Positions 8,879-20,425 are shown, numbered from the stretch's first letter. The stretch is 64,000 nt of DNA from an uncultured Gammaproteobacteria bacterium (GCA_965230895.1 OZ246394.1:1441887-1505886); one strand, 5' to 3'. Notes: generated by a model not told the origin, from the letters alone. Numbers and translations are program-made.

Positions 8879-10576
8879 ATGATAAAGCAAGAGATCACGA
8901 AGCTCGTCCAAAAAGTCCTGGATAGCAGAGATATTCAGGATGTAAAAGTTATTATTGATTACCCAACGGATGCAAAACATGGAGACTATGCATCGAACGT
9001 TGCTCTCATTGCCGCAAAAAAGGTTGGGAAGAATCCAATGGATTTTGCAGAAGACTTGAAGACTGCATTAGAAGAAGAGGGAAAGGATCTCTTCGAAAAG
9101 ATTGAGGTCGCAAAACCTGGATTTATAAACTTCACTCTCAAGGTCGACGTACTTATTGCAGAAATTGAAAATGAGAGCCTTCCAGATGTCGGCAGAAATA
9201 GAAAAGTAGTTGTGGAATATTCTTCACCAAATATAGCAAAACCATTCACAATAGGTCATTTGCGCTCGACAATCATCGGAGATGCTGTAGCAAATCTCCT
9301 TTCTGCAACTGGTTGGGATGTAAAGCGTGACAATCATATCGGTGATTGGGGCACGCAATTTGGCAAACAAATTTATGCCATCAAAACCTGGGGAAATGAA
9401 ATAGAAATTGAACAAGCAGAGCGTCCTGTCAAAGAATTGGTTGCGCTTTATGTAAAGTTCCACGAAGAAGCAGAAAAAAATCCAGCACTCGAAGATGAAG
9501 CACGTGAATGGTTCAAGAAGCTTGAAGATGGAGATCAAGAAGCGCGAGCTTTGTGGCAAAAATGTATTGATTGGTCTTGGAAAGAATTTGATGTGATCTA
9601 TCAGCAGTTGGATGTTTCATTTACAGAAAACGATGGAAGGGGTTATGGTGAAGCGTTCTTTGAAGACAAAATGGATGCTGTTGTTGCTGAATTAAAGGAT
9701 AAAAATCTTCTCGCCAAAGGAAAAGAAGGTGCGCAGATTATTGAGTTTGAAGAGAGTACCAAATTGCCTCCGTTAATGATACTCAAAAAGGATGGAGCAT
9801 CACTTTATTCTACAAGAGATTTGGCGACTGATACGTTTCGTTTAGATCATTATGGTGATAAGGCTTTGCTGATTATTAATGAAGTAGGAGCGGAGCAAGC
9901 CTTGTATTTCAGACAACTTTACAAGCTTGAAGAGATGCTTGGCTGGGTAAAGTCTGGGCAGCGAGTGCATATCAAACATGGATTGTATCGATTCAAAGAA
10001 GGAAAGATGTCAACACGTAAAGGGAATGTCATTTGGTTGGAAGATGTGTTGGCCGAGGCGAAGAAGAGAGCAGAAGAGTTAGCGAAAGAAGCTGGAGAAG
10101 TATCCGACATTGTGGCCATCGGTGCTATCAAATGGAATGATTTGAAGCGAACACCAGAACAAGATATCGCTTTTGAATGGGATGAGGTTCTCAATATGCA
10201 AGGTAACTCCGGGCCATACATGCAATACACATATGTTCGTACAAAAAGCGTTCTAGACAAAGCAAAAGAGGCTGGAGTTTCTGGTTTTGAATTCTCTTAT
10301 GGTGGAGAGATCAATCCTGAAGAACGAGAATTACTTCGGTTGCTTGCGCGCTTTGATGAAGTTGTTTTGGAAGCTGCTGCGAAGTTCTCTCCAAGTACTA
10401 TAGCAACGTATCTTTTTGATTTAGCGCAGACTTTTAATTTGTTCTATCAGAAACATCCTATTCTTAAAGGTGATGAATCGCGTATGCAATTTCGCCTTAT
10501 GATTACGTCTTCTGTTGGAAAAACAATTAAACAAGGCCTTTCGCTTCTTGGCATTCAAGCTCCAGACAGGATGTAA
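8879..10576 (+). CDS. argS: Arginyl-tRNA synthetase
   Basis: 565 aa. N-terminal Arg_tRNA_synt_N-like region, class I core and C-terminal DALR anticodon-binding region. Size typical of ArgRS. Confidence 0.85.
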   Translation: MIKQEITKLVQKVLDSRDIQDVKVIIDYPTDAKHGDYASNVALIAAKKVGKNPMDFAEDLKTALEEEGKDLFEKIEVAKPGFINFTLKVDVLIAEIENESLPDVGRNRKVVVEYSSPNIAKPFTIGHLRSTIIGDAVANLLSATGWDVKRDNHIGDWGTQFGKQIYAIKTWGNEIEIEQAERPVKELVALYVKFHEEAEKNPALEDEAREWFKKLEDGDQEARALWQKCIDWSWKEFDVIYQQLDVSFTENDGRGYGEAFFEDKMDAVVAELKDKNLLAKGKEGAQIIEFEESTKLPPLMILKKDGASLYSTRDLATDTFRLDHYGDKALLIINEVGAEQALYFRQLYKLEEMLGWVKSGQRVHIKHGLYRFKEGKMSTRKGNVIWLEDVLAEAKKRAEELAKEAGEVSDIVAIGAIKWNDLKRTPEQDIAFEWDEVLNMQGNSGPYMQYTYVRTKSVLDKAKEAGVSGFEFSYGGEINPEERELLRLLARFDEVVLEAAAKFSPSTIATYLFDLAQTFNLFYQKHPILKGDESRMQFRLMITSSVGKTIKQGLSLLGIQAPDRM

Positions 10577-10590
10577 ATATCACTTTCTCC

Positions 10591-10625
10591 TTGACAGATC
10601 GTTTCAAAATTTGATGTACTAAAAT
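10591..10625 (+). promoter_or_regulatory. Conserved upstream element of the dockerin-protein paralogs: TTGACA-N5-TTCAAAATT-N7-ACTAAAAT
   Basis: The same pattern (TTGACA...TTCAAAATT...ACTAGAAAT) recurs upstream of 11957. Spacing to the A/T-rich hexamer is about 23 nt, atypical for sigma70. Confidence 0.4.
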
Positions 10626-10656
10626 CACTGATTCTTTTCACAGGGTCTTTTCTGCC

Positions 10657-11847
10657 ATGCATCCGTCAGAACATAAAAAGTTAACGCATTACTCACCGCT
10701 TGTCGTCATGAGTGTTTTTGGATTGATGATCGGATTGTATATTGCAATCATTGGTTCGCAAACAAGTCAAGAAAATAGAAGTCGTGCCGCCATTGTAAAC
10801 GGAACATATAATGGAACGCTCAATAGTAACAGCAATATTATCAATGGTGGAGTTACAGGAGACGTTATCGGGAGCAGCAATACCATCTCAGGAAATGTTG
10901 CGGGGTGCGTGAAGGGGAATAGCAACATTATCGGTGGAAGAGTTTCTGGGACAGTTACTGGTACAGGGAATATCGTCGCTCTGGGATCTGGTGGAGGCCC
11001 ATGCTTAAGTGCGACCCCAACGCTTGCTCCAACAGCTGTTCCTACCTCAGCACCAACTTCAGTTCCAACAGTGGCAAAGACTCCTACGCCATCCGCTACA
11101 AAAACTCCAACACCAACTCCGACAAAAACACCGACTCCTACTCAAGGTGTGACTCCAGGACTAACTTTGGTACCTACAACAGTTCCAACAGCTACCAAAG
11201 TCCCAACCCCTACGACATTCCTCACAACATTCCCAACGCTTACTGCTACGCCAACTCCAGTCCAGATTACAGCTACAATCGGGCCTACAGCTACTCCTGA
11301 ACCAAATAGTACTTTGGTTGCTGTGACATTATTCTTCCATGGGGTTGGAAAGGGTGGCGATAGTGTCAATCCTGATGCAGAAGGAAATATGAGCCCAGCA
11401 CATTCGAATAGAGTTATAAGCGTTGATGTTTACAATGATAACAATCAACTAGTTGGCAGCAAGCAAGGCACAGTAATCTTCAATGCTTCTGAAGGCAATT
11501 TCAAAGGCACTATCAGTCTTGGTACGACAATCACAACTGGTGCTCACACACTTCGAATTAAAGGAGAGCAGTATCTTCGAGGAATTGTCCCAGGTATTCA
11601 AATGCTTACTGCAGGGCAGACAAAGACACTTCCTGCTTTAACGTTAATTACTGGAGATGTGAACAATGATAATCAAATCAATATCGTTGACTACAATCTG
11701 CTTGTAGGTTGCTATAGTGATTTGCTTCCTCCAGTTAGTTGCAATGCAGGGGATAACGTCAGAACAGATCTTAATGATGATGGTAACGTCAACCAATTTG
11801 ATTACAATCTCTTCATTCGAGAATTAACCAACCTTGGTGGACAGTAA
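10657..11847 (+). CDS. Secreted/membrane-anchored protein with Pro/Thr linker, beta-sandwich domain and C-terminal dockerin-like double EF-hand repeat
   Basis: N-terminal TM/signal. PT-rich linker (TPTPTKTPTPT). C-terminal GDVNNDNQINIVDYNLL...DLNDDGNVNQFDYNLFIREL matches the dockerin type I repeat pattern. Its C-terminal ~150 aa are near-identical to 11957..13720. Confidence 0.7.
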   Translation: MHPSEHKKLTHYSPLVVMSVFGLMIGLYIAIIGSQTSQENRSRAAIVNGTYNGTLNSNSNIINGGVTGDVIGSSNTISGNVAGCVKGNSNIIGGRVSGTVTGTGNIVALGSGGGPCLSATPTLAPTAVPTSAPTSVPTVAKTPTPSATKTPTPTPTKTPTPTQGVTPGLTLVPTTVPTATKVPTPTTFLTTFPTLTATPTPVQITATIGPTATPEPNSTLVAVTLFFHGVGKGGDSVNPDAEGNMSPAHSNRVISVDVYNDNNQLVGSKQGTVIFNASEGNFKGTISLGTTITTGAHTLRIKGEQYLRGIVPGIQMLTAGQTKTLPALTLITGDVNNDNQINIVDYNLLVGCYSDLLPPVSCNAGDNVRTDLNDDGNVNQFDYNLFIRELTNLGGQ

Positions 11848-11885
11848 AAAGTTGTTCAATTACTTTTCATCACCACTTTTCACAG

Positions 11886-11921
11886 TTGACAAACTCTTCA
11901 AAATTCTGCTCTACTAGAAAT
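11886..11921 (+). promoter_or_regulatory. Second copy of the TTGACA...TTCAAAATT...ACTAGAAAT element upstream of the CBM-dockerin gene
   Basis: Alignment with 10591..10625. Confidence 0.4.
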
Positions 11922-11956
11922 AGGTCGTACTGCGACTGTAACTATCGAAAGCTAAT

Positions 11957-13720
11957 ATGGAAGAAAACCAACCAAAACCAGTTAACATCCAAGAAATTAA
12001 ACCAATAAATCCGAGGAAAAATTACCTCAAAATTTCACTTCCGCTTGTAGGGATGGTGCTTTTGGTAGGTGCAGGATATCTTGTCTTGAATACTGCTCAA
12101 CAACAGACAGACAATCGGAGTAAGGCTTCAACTGCTGGATTAAATTATGTTAAAAATCCAGGTTGTGAGTCTGGAACGACGAATTGGACTGCATATCAAG
12201 GGACAATGTCACGAGTCAGTGGAGTTGCTCATTCTGGTTCAGCTTCCTGTCGTATGGTTTATAGTTCTGGTGGCTATTATACAATCGATGATAATCCTTC
12301 AAGTGTTGTGAGTCCAAGACAAGGAGAGACTTTCACTGCTACAGCATGGGTCCGTACTGATAATGCTGTAGGGAAACAGGTTCAGCTCGCTTTGCGATTA
12401 CGCGGTGGCACAACAAAGCTTGTAACAGGTCCAACATATACATTAACAAGCGGTTGGCAGCAGATTCAAAATACAGTTACGATTGATACTGCAACACGAA
12501 CAGAACTTGAATTTTATATAGTCCAATTGAATGCTACTTCAGGGAACTCATTCTATGCTGACGACATGACACTCTATCTTGGAAACGGCGCAATTCCAAC
12601 TACGGTTCCTCCATCTCCTACGCTTGCTCCTACATTGACCAAGGCTCCAACTGCTACACCAACATTTCCTCCAACACCTGCGCCAACTGCAATTCCAACA
12701 ACAGTTCCAACTGCAACGAAGGCTCCAACTTCTGGACCAACACCAACCAATGGTCCAACGATCATGACCATTAACAAATCTTCATACGAACCTGGAGAAA
12801 ACGTGACTGTCTACTGGACAACGATCACTAATCCAACTGCGAAAGACTGGATTGGACTTTATACTCCAAGTGCTGCAAATGGAGATGAGATTGGTTGGAT
12901 TTACACCAACTGCACCCAGACGTCTACAACTCCTGTAGCGTCCGGAAGTTGCACATTCCCATTACCTCCAACTGCACCAACGAACTTCCTTGAACTTCGA
13001 TTGCATCCAAATGACACCAACAATGTCATAGCAAAAAGTCCTACATTTGCTGTGGTTGGTCCAACATCTACACCGACACCTGTTTTGATGACAGCAACAC
13101 CATTCCCGACAACTGTACCGACAGCAGTTCCAACCGTCATTGCTCAAACCCCAATGCCGACCGCTACAGTTGTTCCTGGAAATACATATGTTAACCTATC
13201 GCTGCTCCTTCATGGATTGGGCAAAGGTGGCGATTCTGTCAATGCCGGATCAATTGGCAACATGAGCCCATTGCACCCACAAAAGCCAGTGACAGTTGAT
13301 GTCTATGACGTACAAAATCAATTGGTAGTTTCAAAGACTGGCACAATCACATTTAATGCAACCAATGGTAACTTCACTGGCAACGTAGAACTTGGTTCAC
13401 AATTCGCAACTGGTATTTACACAGTTAAGATTAAGACTGAGCAAAATCTTCGTGGCTTGATCGCTGGTATCCAGACAATTACTCAAGGCCAAGTTACAAA
13501 CCTTCCAAGTGCAACTCTCGTTACCGGTGATATCAACAATGACAATCAAATCAATATCGTTGACTACAACATCATCGTTGGTTGCTACAGTGATTTGCTT
13601 CCAGCAGTTAGTTGCACTGATATCAATAAGCTCCGAGCTGACTTGACTGATGATGGTAAGGTAAACCAATTCGATTACAACCTCTTCATCCGTGAATTAA
13701 CAAACCTTGGAGGTCAATAA
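11957..13720 (+). CDS. Paralogous secreted protein with CBM_4_9-like carbohydrate-binding module, PT linkers and C-terminal dockerin-like repeat
   Basis: NPGCESGTTNWTAYQG...ASCRMVY resembles CBM_4_9 jelly-roll modules. The C-terminal ~150 aa are near-identical to 10657..11847, including DINNDNQINIVDYNIIVGCYSDLL. Confidence 0.7.
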   Translation: MEENQPKPVNIQEIKPINPRKNYLKISLPLVGMVLLVGAGYLVLNTAQQQTDNRSKASTAGLNYVKNPGCESGTTNWTAYQGTMSRVSGVAHSGSASCRMVYSSGGYYTIDDNPSSVVSPRQGETFTATAWVRTDNAVGKQVQLALRLRGGTTKLVTGPTYTLTSGWQQIQNTVTIDTATRTELEFYIVQLNATSGNSFYADDMTLYLGNGAIPTTVPPSPTLAPTLTKAPTATPTFPPTPAPTAIPTTVPTATKAPTSGPTPTNGPTIMTINKSSYEPGENVTVYWTTITNPTAKDWIGLYTPSAANGDEIGWIYTNCTQTSTTPVASGSCTFPLPPTAPTNFLELRLHPNDTNNVIAKSPTFAVVGPTSTPTPVLMTATPFPTTVPTAVPTVIAQTPMPTATVVPGNTYVNLSLLLHGLGKGGDSVNAGSIGNMSPLHPQKPVTVDVYDVQNQLVVSKTGTITFNATNGNFTGNVELGSQFATGIYTVKIKTEQNLRGLIAGIQTITQGQVTNLPSATLVTGDINNDNQINIVDYNIIVGCYSDLLPAVSCTDINKLRADLTDDGKVNQFDYNLFIRELTNLGGQ

Positions 13721-13723
13721 ACT

Positions 13724-15148
13724 ATGCCTGAAGGAGAATCACCTCAGTTACCACGCATTGATACAAATGCACAATTTGAACCACCAACTGAACCAATTCC
13801 AGTTGCTCAAGATCATCCAGTGAAGAATTGGAGGAGGAGAGTTGGGGCAGCAAGTCTCGTTGTTGGAGTAGCTGCAGCAGGAATGGGATTTGCTTCTCTC
13901 AGATCAGAATCCACTCCAGATGGGGAAGGAACTTCTATCGCTGGTCCCGTCGAACCTGGTCCTACCGAGCCATCTGCTGAAGCATTGCCTCCAAAAGATG
14001 ACGAAATACTCCAATTGAATCCAGATGCATTCGGATTGAAAGATAAATATTACGGATCAGGCTCAGATTTGTTAATTAAGTCCGATGTCCCAGCAGAGAG
14101 GCTAATTCAGGACGATCCTTCCACTGAAGTTATTCCACTGATTAAGATTAAACCTGGCACGGGTGAAATTTCTTTTCTTGATGTGTCCCCAACAGGTGTT
14201 GCTCCTGAGGTTATGGATTGGTTTCAAAACGGGCTTAAAGAATATCAACCATTTATAAAAGCAGCATTGGATTCGGGTACGCTCAAACAAGTAATAATTG
14301 GCACTCAATCAGGTGGGGCTTCAGCAGCTTCTGATGAAAGTATGTTTATCAATAACGGTAATTTATTGGTAGATATTCCTTTTACAGAAGGTACATACAA
14401 AAAAGAAACTTTAATAACTACAGTTGGCCATGAAGTCGGGCATGCATTGTTTGCTAACCGACCGATTTCTGATTTATCAACAGAACTTGCCGATCGTATG
14501 ACTGATGAACGGTTTCGTCAGGCATGCCAGGATGTGAGAAATATTGCAGTGGATCAGCTAGAAAAGCAGTTCACTGAGCAAGAGGCGTTAATAAAAGATT
14601 TGATGAGATATGATCCTTCATCAAAGCGCATTGATCAGCTGTTTTTGTCCAGAGTCCAAAGTGGAAATTTGAATTCTCTATACCCAACGAAGATAGGGGA
14701 GAAAAATGCATATACAGAAACTCCATCCTGTGAGTTTTCTCGGATAACAGCACTCATGGGAAGATTACGAGAAAAGGTTGGAGCAATTCGTAAAGATACC
14801 AATAGGGAATCAAGCCCGGAGGAGCGGCAAACTTTATTTGATCTCAATGACAAAACAAACGAATTTGCAAGGGAGGACTCTGTCTATAAAAACTTCACTG
14901 ATGAAACATATACAGGCGAAAGACTTGCTGGACATCCAGAAGATGACCTTGACGAAGCTGCAGCATCTTTATTTATGCTGACGACACATCTTCCAAATGA
15001 GTTTGGACGGAAGATAAGTGAACTTCCTGAAGATCAAGCAGCAGCTATAACTGAGTTGTGGGAGACTGTTATGGAGGAATACGCCGAAGTACCAGGTGTT
15101 CAAATAGCTTTAGCTCCAGGAATGAGTCAAGTGAAATCTCATATTTAA
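13724..15148 (+). CDS. Putative zinc metalloprotease (HEXXH) with N-terminal TM anchor
   Basis: TTVGHEVGHALF contains HEXXH. Hydrophobic segment VGAASLVVGVAAAGMGFA. Translationally coupled to the upstream dockerin gene (4-nt gap). Confidence 0.6.
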   Translation: MPEGESPQLPRIDTNAQFEPPTEPIPVAQDHPVKNWRRRVGAASLVVGVAAAGMGFASLRSESTPDGEGTSIAGPVEPGPTEPSAEALPPKDDEILQLNPDAFGLKDKYYGSGSDLLIKSDVPAERLIQDDPSTEVIPLIKIKPGTGEISFLDVSPTGVAPEVMDWFQNGLKEYQPFIKAALDSGTLKQVIIGTQSGGASAASDESMFINNGNLLVDIPFTEGTYKKETLITTVGHEVGHALFANRPISDLSTELADRMTDERFRQACQDVRNIAVDQLEKQFTEQEALIKDLMRYDPSSKRIDQLFLSRVQSGNLNSLYPTKIGEKNAYTETPSCEFSRITALMGRLREKVGAIRKDTNRESSPEERQTLFDLNDKTNEFAREDSVYKNFTDETYTGERLAGHPEDDLDEAAASLFMLTTHLPNEFGRKISELPEDQAAAITELWETVMEEYAEVPGVQIALAPGMSQVKSHI

Positions 15149-15149
15149 T

Positions 15150-15491
15150 ATGGCTGAAATAGCATCTGCACCTTCTGAGGCGAGACATGCTTTAACTGAG
15201 CGTCCTCGTGATCCAATCCCTCGTCCAGAGGTTCGTGGAAGACATCGGATGCAACCACCGAGACGAGAAGGTTTGCCGATAGCTCCTTCTTTGGTTGCTT
15301 TGGGAGTTCTTGCAAGTGGTGCACTGAGTGATGGAAGAGCTGAGGTTCAAATCGATATTGTTCCTCCCAAGTCACCGGTTGAATCTCCAATGCAAGGCTC
15401 AATCGAACCTGTGCCGATGGTTCCACAAGACCATGAATTGGAGAATCATTTTGATGCGGCAGCAGTTGTGGCCGAAGCATTAAAGCATTAG
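15150..15491 (+). CDS. Questionable small ORF (113 aa) in a GC-richer segment; an equally long ORF exists on the opposite strand
   Basis: Only ORF-level evidence. Arg/Pro-rich low-complexity translation. Strand chosen by operon direction. Confidence 0.25.
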   Translation: MAEIASAPSEARHALTERPRDPIPRPEVRGRHRMQPPRREGLPIAPSLVALGVLASGALSDGRAEVQIDIVPPKSPVESPMQGSIEPVPMVPQDHELENHFDAAAVVAEALKH

Positions 15492-15550
15492 GATTCTTCT
15501 AGGTCTTGTGATCTTAGATGAAGGTGCTAGAATAGGTTTTTATCTAGGTT

Positions 15551-16825
15551 ATGCAGTTCACCAGAAAAGTTTTACCAAACGGACTTCGAGTTCTCCTTAT
15601 CCCAATGCCAGCAATGGAAAGCGCAACAGTTCTTGTCATGGCTGGAGCAGGTTCACGCTATGAAACGACAAAGAATAGTGGAATATCTCATTTCCTCGAG
15701 CACATGGCATTTAAAGGGACAGAAAAACGACCTGATGCTATGGCTATTTCATCATTAATAGATGGCATGGGTGGTGAATTCAATGCCTTTACTGGCAAAG
15801 AAACCACAGGTTACTACATCAAATCCGCAAAGTCCCGTATCGAAACTTCAATCGATCTGCTCTCCGACATGTTGACGCATTCCAAGTTCGATCCAAAAGA
15901 AATTGAAAAAGAAAAAGGAGTCATCATCGAAGAGATTAATCTTTATGAAGATATGCCTGCACGAAAGATTGGAGATATCTATGAGCAATTACTTTACGGA
16001 GACACGCCAATGGGTTGGGATATTGCAGGCAATAAAGATGTAATCCGGGCTGTGACTCGAGATGATTTCGTCAATTACATGGCTGAACTTTATAGTGCAA
16101 GTAACTTAACGGTAGTAGTGGCAGGAGGAATTGATGAAGGGGAAACGTTTGCTTTGATTGAAAAGTATTTTGGTGGCATGAATACATTCGGGACAAAGAA
16201 GCATGAGAACGTTGTGGAATCACAAGAAAAGCCAGCTGTCTTGGTCAAACAAAAGCAGACAGAACAGATTCATATTGCTCTCGGAGTACGAACCGTTTCA
16301 GTTGGTTCTCCAAAACGTTATCCGCTTTCAGTTCTCTCAGCAATCCTTGGTGGAGGTATGTCTTCAAGACTTTTCCATGAAGTCCGAGAGAAGCGGGGAT
16401 TAGCATATTATGTCCGCACAAGTTCAGATGAATATGCTGATGTTGGATCACTTGTTTCAACTGCTGGAATTGATCCAAAACGAGTTCTCGAAGCAGTTGA
16501 AGTTATGGTTGCTGAATACGGTAAGATCTCTCGAGGAGAAATGGGATTAACGGATGAGGAGCTCTCAAAAGCGAAGGAATTTTTGAAAGGTCACTTAGTA
16601 TTGGATTTGGAAGATAGTCGGTCTGTAGCAGGATTCTACGCCCATCAGGAACTATTGGAAGATCATATCGAGAACCCATCTGACGTAATTACAGAAATTG
16701 ATAAAGTAACCAAAGAAGATATTGAAGCAGTTGGGAAAGAATTCTTTATCGAAAAGACATTGAACTTAGCATTGATTGGTAATTTTGAAGATGGACAGAA
16801 ATTAGAAGCTCTGTTAAAATTATAA
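15551..16825 (+). CDS. M16-family (pitrilysin/insulinase-like) zinc peptidase
   Basis: Inverted zinc-binding motif HFLEHMAFKGT (HxxEH). 424 aa with M16 N- and C-terminal halves. Confidence 0.85.
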   Translation: MQFTRKVLPNGLRVLLIPMPAMESATVLVMAGAGSRYETTKNSGISHFLEHMAFKGTEKRPDAMAISSLIDGMGGEFNAFTGKETTGYYIKSAKSRIETSIDLLSDMLTHSKFDPKEIEKEKGVIIEEINLYEDMPARKIGDIYEQLLYGDTPMGWDIAGNKDVIRAVTRDDFVNYMAELYSASNLTVVVAGGIDEGETFALIEKYFGGMNTFGTKKHENVVESQEKPAVLVKQKQTEQIHIALGVRTVSVGSPKRYPLSVLSAILGGGMSSRLFHEVREKRGLAYYVRTSSDEYADVGSLVSTAGIDPKRVLEAVEVMVAEYGKISRGEMGLTDEELSKAKEFLKGHLVLDLEDSRSVAGFYAHQELLEDHIENPSDVITEIDKVTKEDIEAVGKEFFIEKTLNLALIGNFEDGQKLEALLKL

Positions 16826-16833
16826 TCTAACTT

Positions 16834-17301
16834 ATGGAACAAACAGTTGTACTTGTAAAACCAGACGGCGTCCAAAGAGGACTTATCGGAGAAATCATCT
16901 CACGATTCGAGCGCAAAGGCTTGAAGCTTTCAGCTTTGAAAATGATTTCACTTAGCGATTCACTTCTTGAAGAGTGGTATGTGCACCACAAAGATAAGCC
17001 ATTCTTCCCAGGTTTGAAATCATACATGAAATCTTATCCAGTTGTCGCTATGCTTTGGGAAGGTATTGATGCTGCAACAACAGTACGTACAATGATTGGT
17101 ATTACAAAGGCTCGAGAGGCAGCTCCAGGAACAATCCGCGGAGATTTTGCAATGAGCCAGCAATATAATCTTATCCATGCTTCAGAGAGTCCAGAAGCTG
17201 CAGAAAGAGAACGTGCAATCATGTTTGATCCATCAGATCTTTTCGATTGGGAAAAAGTAGATAGCATCCACGTATACCTCGAAGAAGAGCGAAAGAAATA
17301 A
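16834..17301 (+). CDS. ndk: Nucleoside diphosphate kinase
   Basis: VVLVKPDGVQRGLIGEIISRFERKGLKL and NLIHASES (active-site His) are diagnostic NDK motifs. 155 aa. Confidence 0.9.
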   Translation: MEQTVVLVKPDGVQRGLIGEIISRFERKGLKLSALKMISLSDSLLEEWYVHHKDKPFFPGLKSYMKSYPVVAMLWEGIDAATTVRTMIGITKAREAAPGTIRGDFAMSQQYNLIHASESPEAAERERAIMFDPSDLFDWEKVDSIHVYLEEERKK

Positions 17302-17367
17302 CTTCGTCTTATTGGTTTTTATGTTTCCAGTAATCTTGTTGGTAATTGTCGTTGTTTTTTATTTGTT

Positions 17368-17616
17368 ATGACAGAAAGAAGACCACATACAGAAGAAGAG
17401 CCAAGCATTTCTACTCGTGATCATTTGCGAGGCGCAGTGGATAGTATCACCCGAGACATGACACGTGGTCCTGTCGGAACCTCAGTTTTAGGCCTGACTG
17501 TGGGAGCAGGGATTCTTGCTCGAGGCGGAGTTGAAGTTGGAAGACGTGTTGGTGAAACTGCAATTAATGCAGGACTTGGAACTGCAAAGATTATCTTCAG
17601 TCGAAACCGACGTTAA
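17368..17616 (+). CDS. Small hypothetical protein (82 aa)
   Basis: ORF only. Gly/Val-rich, possible membrane peptide. Confidence 0.3.
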   Translation: MTERRPHTEEEPSISTRDHLRGAVDSITRDMTRGPVGTSVLGLTVGAGILARGGVEVGRRVGETAINAGLGTAKIIFSRNRR

Positions 17617-18035
17617 CCTTGAGTCTTTTGTTGCTCTGATTGCTGGTCAGGAGGAGGAGCAGGTTTATTTTCCTCTTGATTGATGACGGTTGTCAAAAGA
17701 TCTATATAGCACTTCACACCACTATCTTTTACCTTCATAACACCATTTTTTAAGGGTATCACTTCTTCTGTCCCGTCCATTTTATGAAGCTTGATAGAAT
17801 CCTTGAGAACGGAGATAAAGTTTGAATGTTCTGGAAGCACATCAAAGAGTCCAGTGTCATTGATCGATGTAACTGCTTTGACGTCATCGTCAAAAAGTAC
17901 TTGTCTTCGATTCCTGACCATGACATGAATCCTATCTGCGACAATTTTTTGTATCGGAGCATCGGTGCTCGCAATTGGTGGAGGTGCAGGCTGAACCGGT
18001 TGCTGCGGCTCTTGTGGTTTGTTTGGATCTTCCAT
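17613..18035 (-). CDS. atpC: F-type ATP synthase epsilon subunit (atpC-like) with Pro/Gln-rich N-terminal extension
   Basis: Position directly after beta in the operon. 140 aa. Beta-sandwich-like core (IHVMVRN...LPEHSNFISVL). Confidence 0.6.
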   Translation of the reverse strand: MEDPNKPQEPQQPVQPAPPPIASTDAPIQKIVADRIHVMVRNRRQVLFDDDVKAVTSINDTGLFDVLPEHSNFISVLKDSIKLHKMDGTEEVIPLKNGVMKVKDSGVKCYIDLLTTVINQEENKPAPPPDQQSEQQKTQG

Positions 18036-18037
18036 AA

Positions 18038-19429
<1,392 letters not shown>

Positions 19430-19537
19430 TTATAAAATTGAAAGTTGAGAATGGAGAATTGATAAATATTCTTAACCTTTATTAGATTACTCAATTTGGT
19501 AAAAACTCTCAACTCGCAATTTTTAATTCGCAACTCT

Positions 19538-20425
19538 TTAGGCTAGCTTCCAAAGTGCTAGTCCATTTAATGCTTCAGTTTGCTTTTTATTCATCATACG
19601 GTGAGTGGCAAAACGTTTCTCAAGGTTAATTGTTTTGAGTTTGTTGCTGATGTTCTCTCGAGCGATATCCAAGGTTGTGATACGAGACGCATAACGTGCG
19701 AGTTCGGATTCTGTAACTGTCTGATGGATGATTCCAGCAAAGATTTCTCCTTCAAAGAAGGCGAGGATCTTCTCCAGAGAAGGTTCAAATAAATAATGGA
19801 CCATCAATGCGGATTCTCCAGCAGGTGCTTTCTCATGACCTGAAACATCAAGTGAAGCTACGGTTTGAGAAGCGAGACTCTCAAATCGAGGATAGAAAAT
19901 GATAACGTTTTCAAACTTTACTAATTCTTTTGTTACTTGTTCAAGACCGTGTTCGGTGGCTTCTTTTTCTGAAAAGGCGTAAAAGGTAAAAGTACGTCCA
20001 GGAAATTGATCAGTGAATAATTTCTTTCCAAATTCTCCAATGATGATTGGTTCTGCTGGATGCTCATCAAGATATTCGACAAATTCTTTGTAGGTCTTTT
20101 GCAAGATTTTACTAAAGAATCCGGAATTTGCCGAAAGGAACACACATGCAGTTTTTCCATTCCCTCGTTTAAGCGACATTGTGTCTGGTTTTGAGCCAGG
20201 AAGCATACCATGCTTTTCTGCCACGAGGTGCATGATTTGATTTTTATAAGAGATAGTTACTTCTCTGTAGATATCGGCAAGTTCAGCATTTAAGTCTCGA
20301 CTCTCCAACACTTGGCCTCGAATACTACGCATCTTCATACTAGCGATTTCTTCAGAGGCTCCCACGATTTCTTTGATACCTGTGAGATCTTCAATTTGTG
20401 TCAGAATGTTTTTGATATAGTTCAT
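19538..20425 (-). CDS. atpG: F-type ATP synthase gamma subunit (start taken at internal Met MNYIKNIL to avoid a 41-nt overlap with atpA)
   Basis: About 295 aa ORF between alpha and beta genes with a coiled N- and C-terminus. The ORF-track start at 20473 overlaps atpA. Confidence 0.7.
   Translation of the reverse strand: MNYIKNILTQIEDLTGIKEIVGASEEIASMKMRSIRGQVLESRDLNAELADIYREVTISYKNQIMHLVAEKHGMLPGSKPDTMSLKRGNGKTACVFLSANSGFFSKILQKTYKEFVEYLDEHPAEPIIIGEFGKKLFTDQFPGRTFTFYAFSEKEATEHGLEQVTKELVKFENVIIFYPRFESLASQTVASLDVSGHEKAPAGESALMVHYLFEPSLEKILAFFEGEIFAGIIHQTVTESELARYASRITTLDIARENISNKLKTINLEKRFATHRMMNKKQTEALNGLALWKLA

Noticed and set aside
15145-15480. Minus-strand ORF of 111 aa overlapping 15150..15491
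   Set aside because: It runs against the direction of the surrounding plus-strand gene block and has a low-complexity translation. It is kept only as an alternative.
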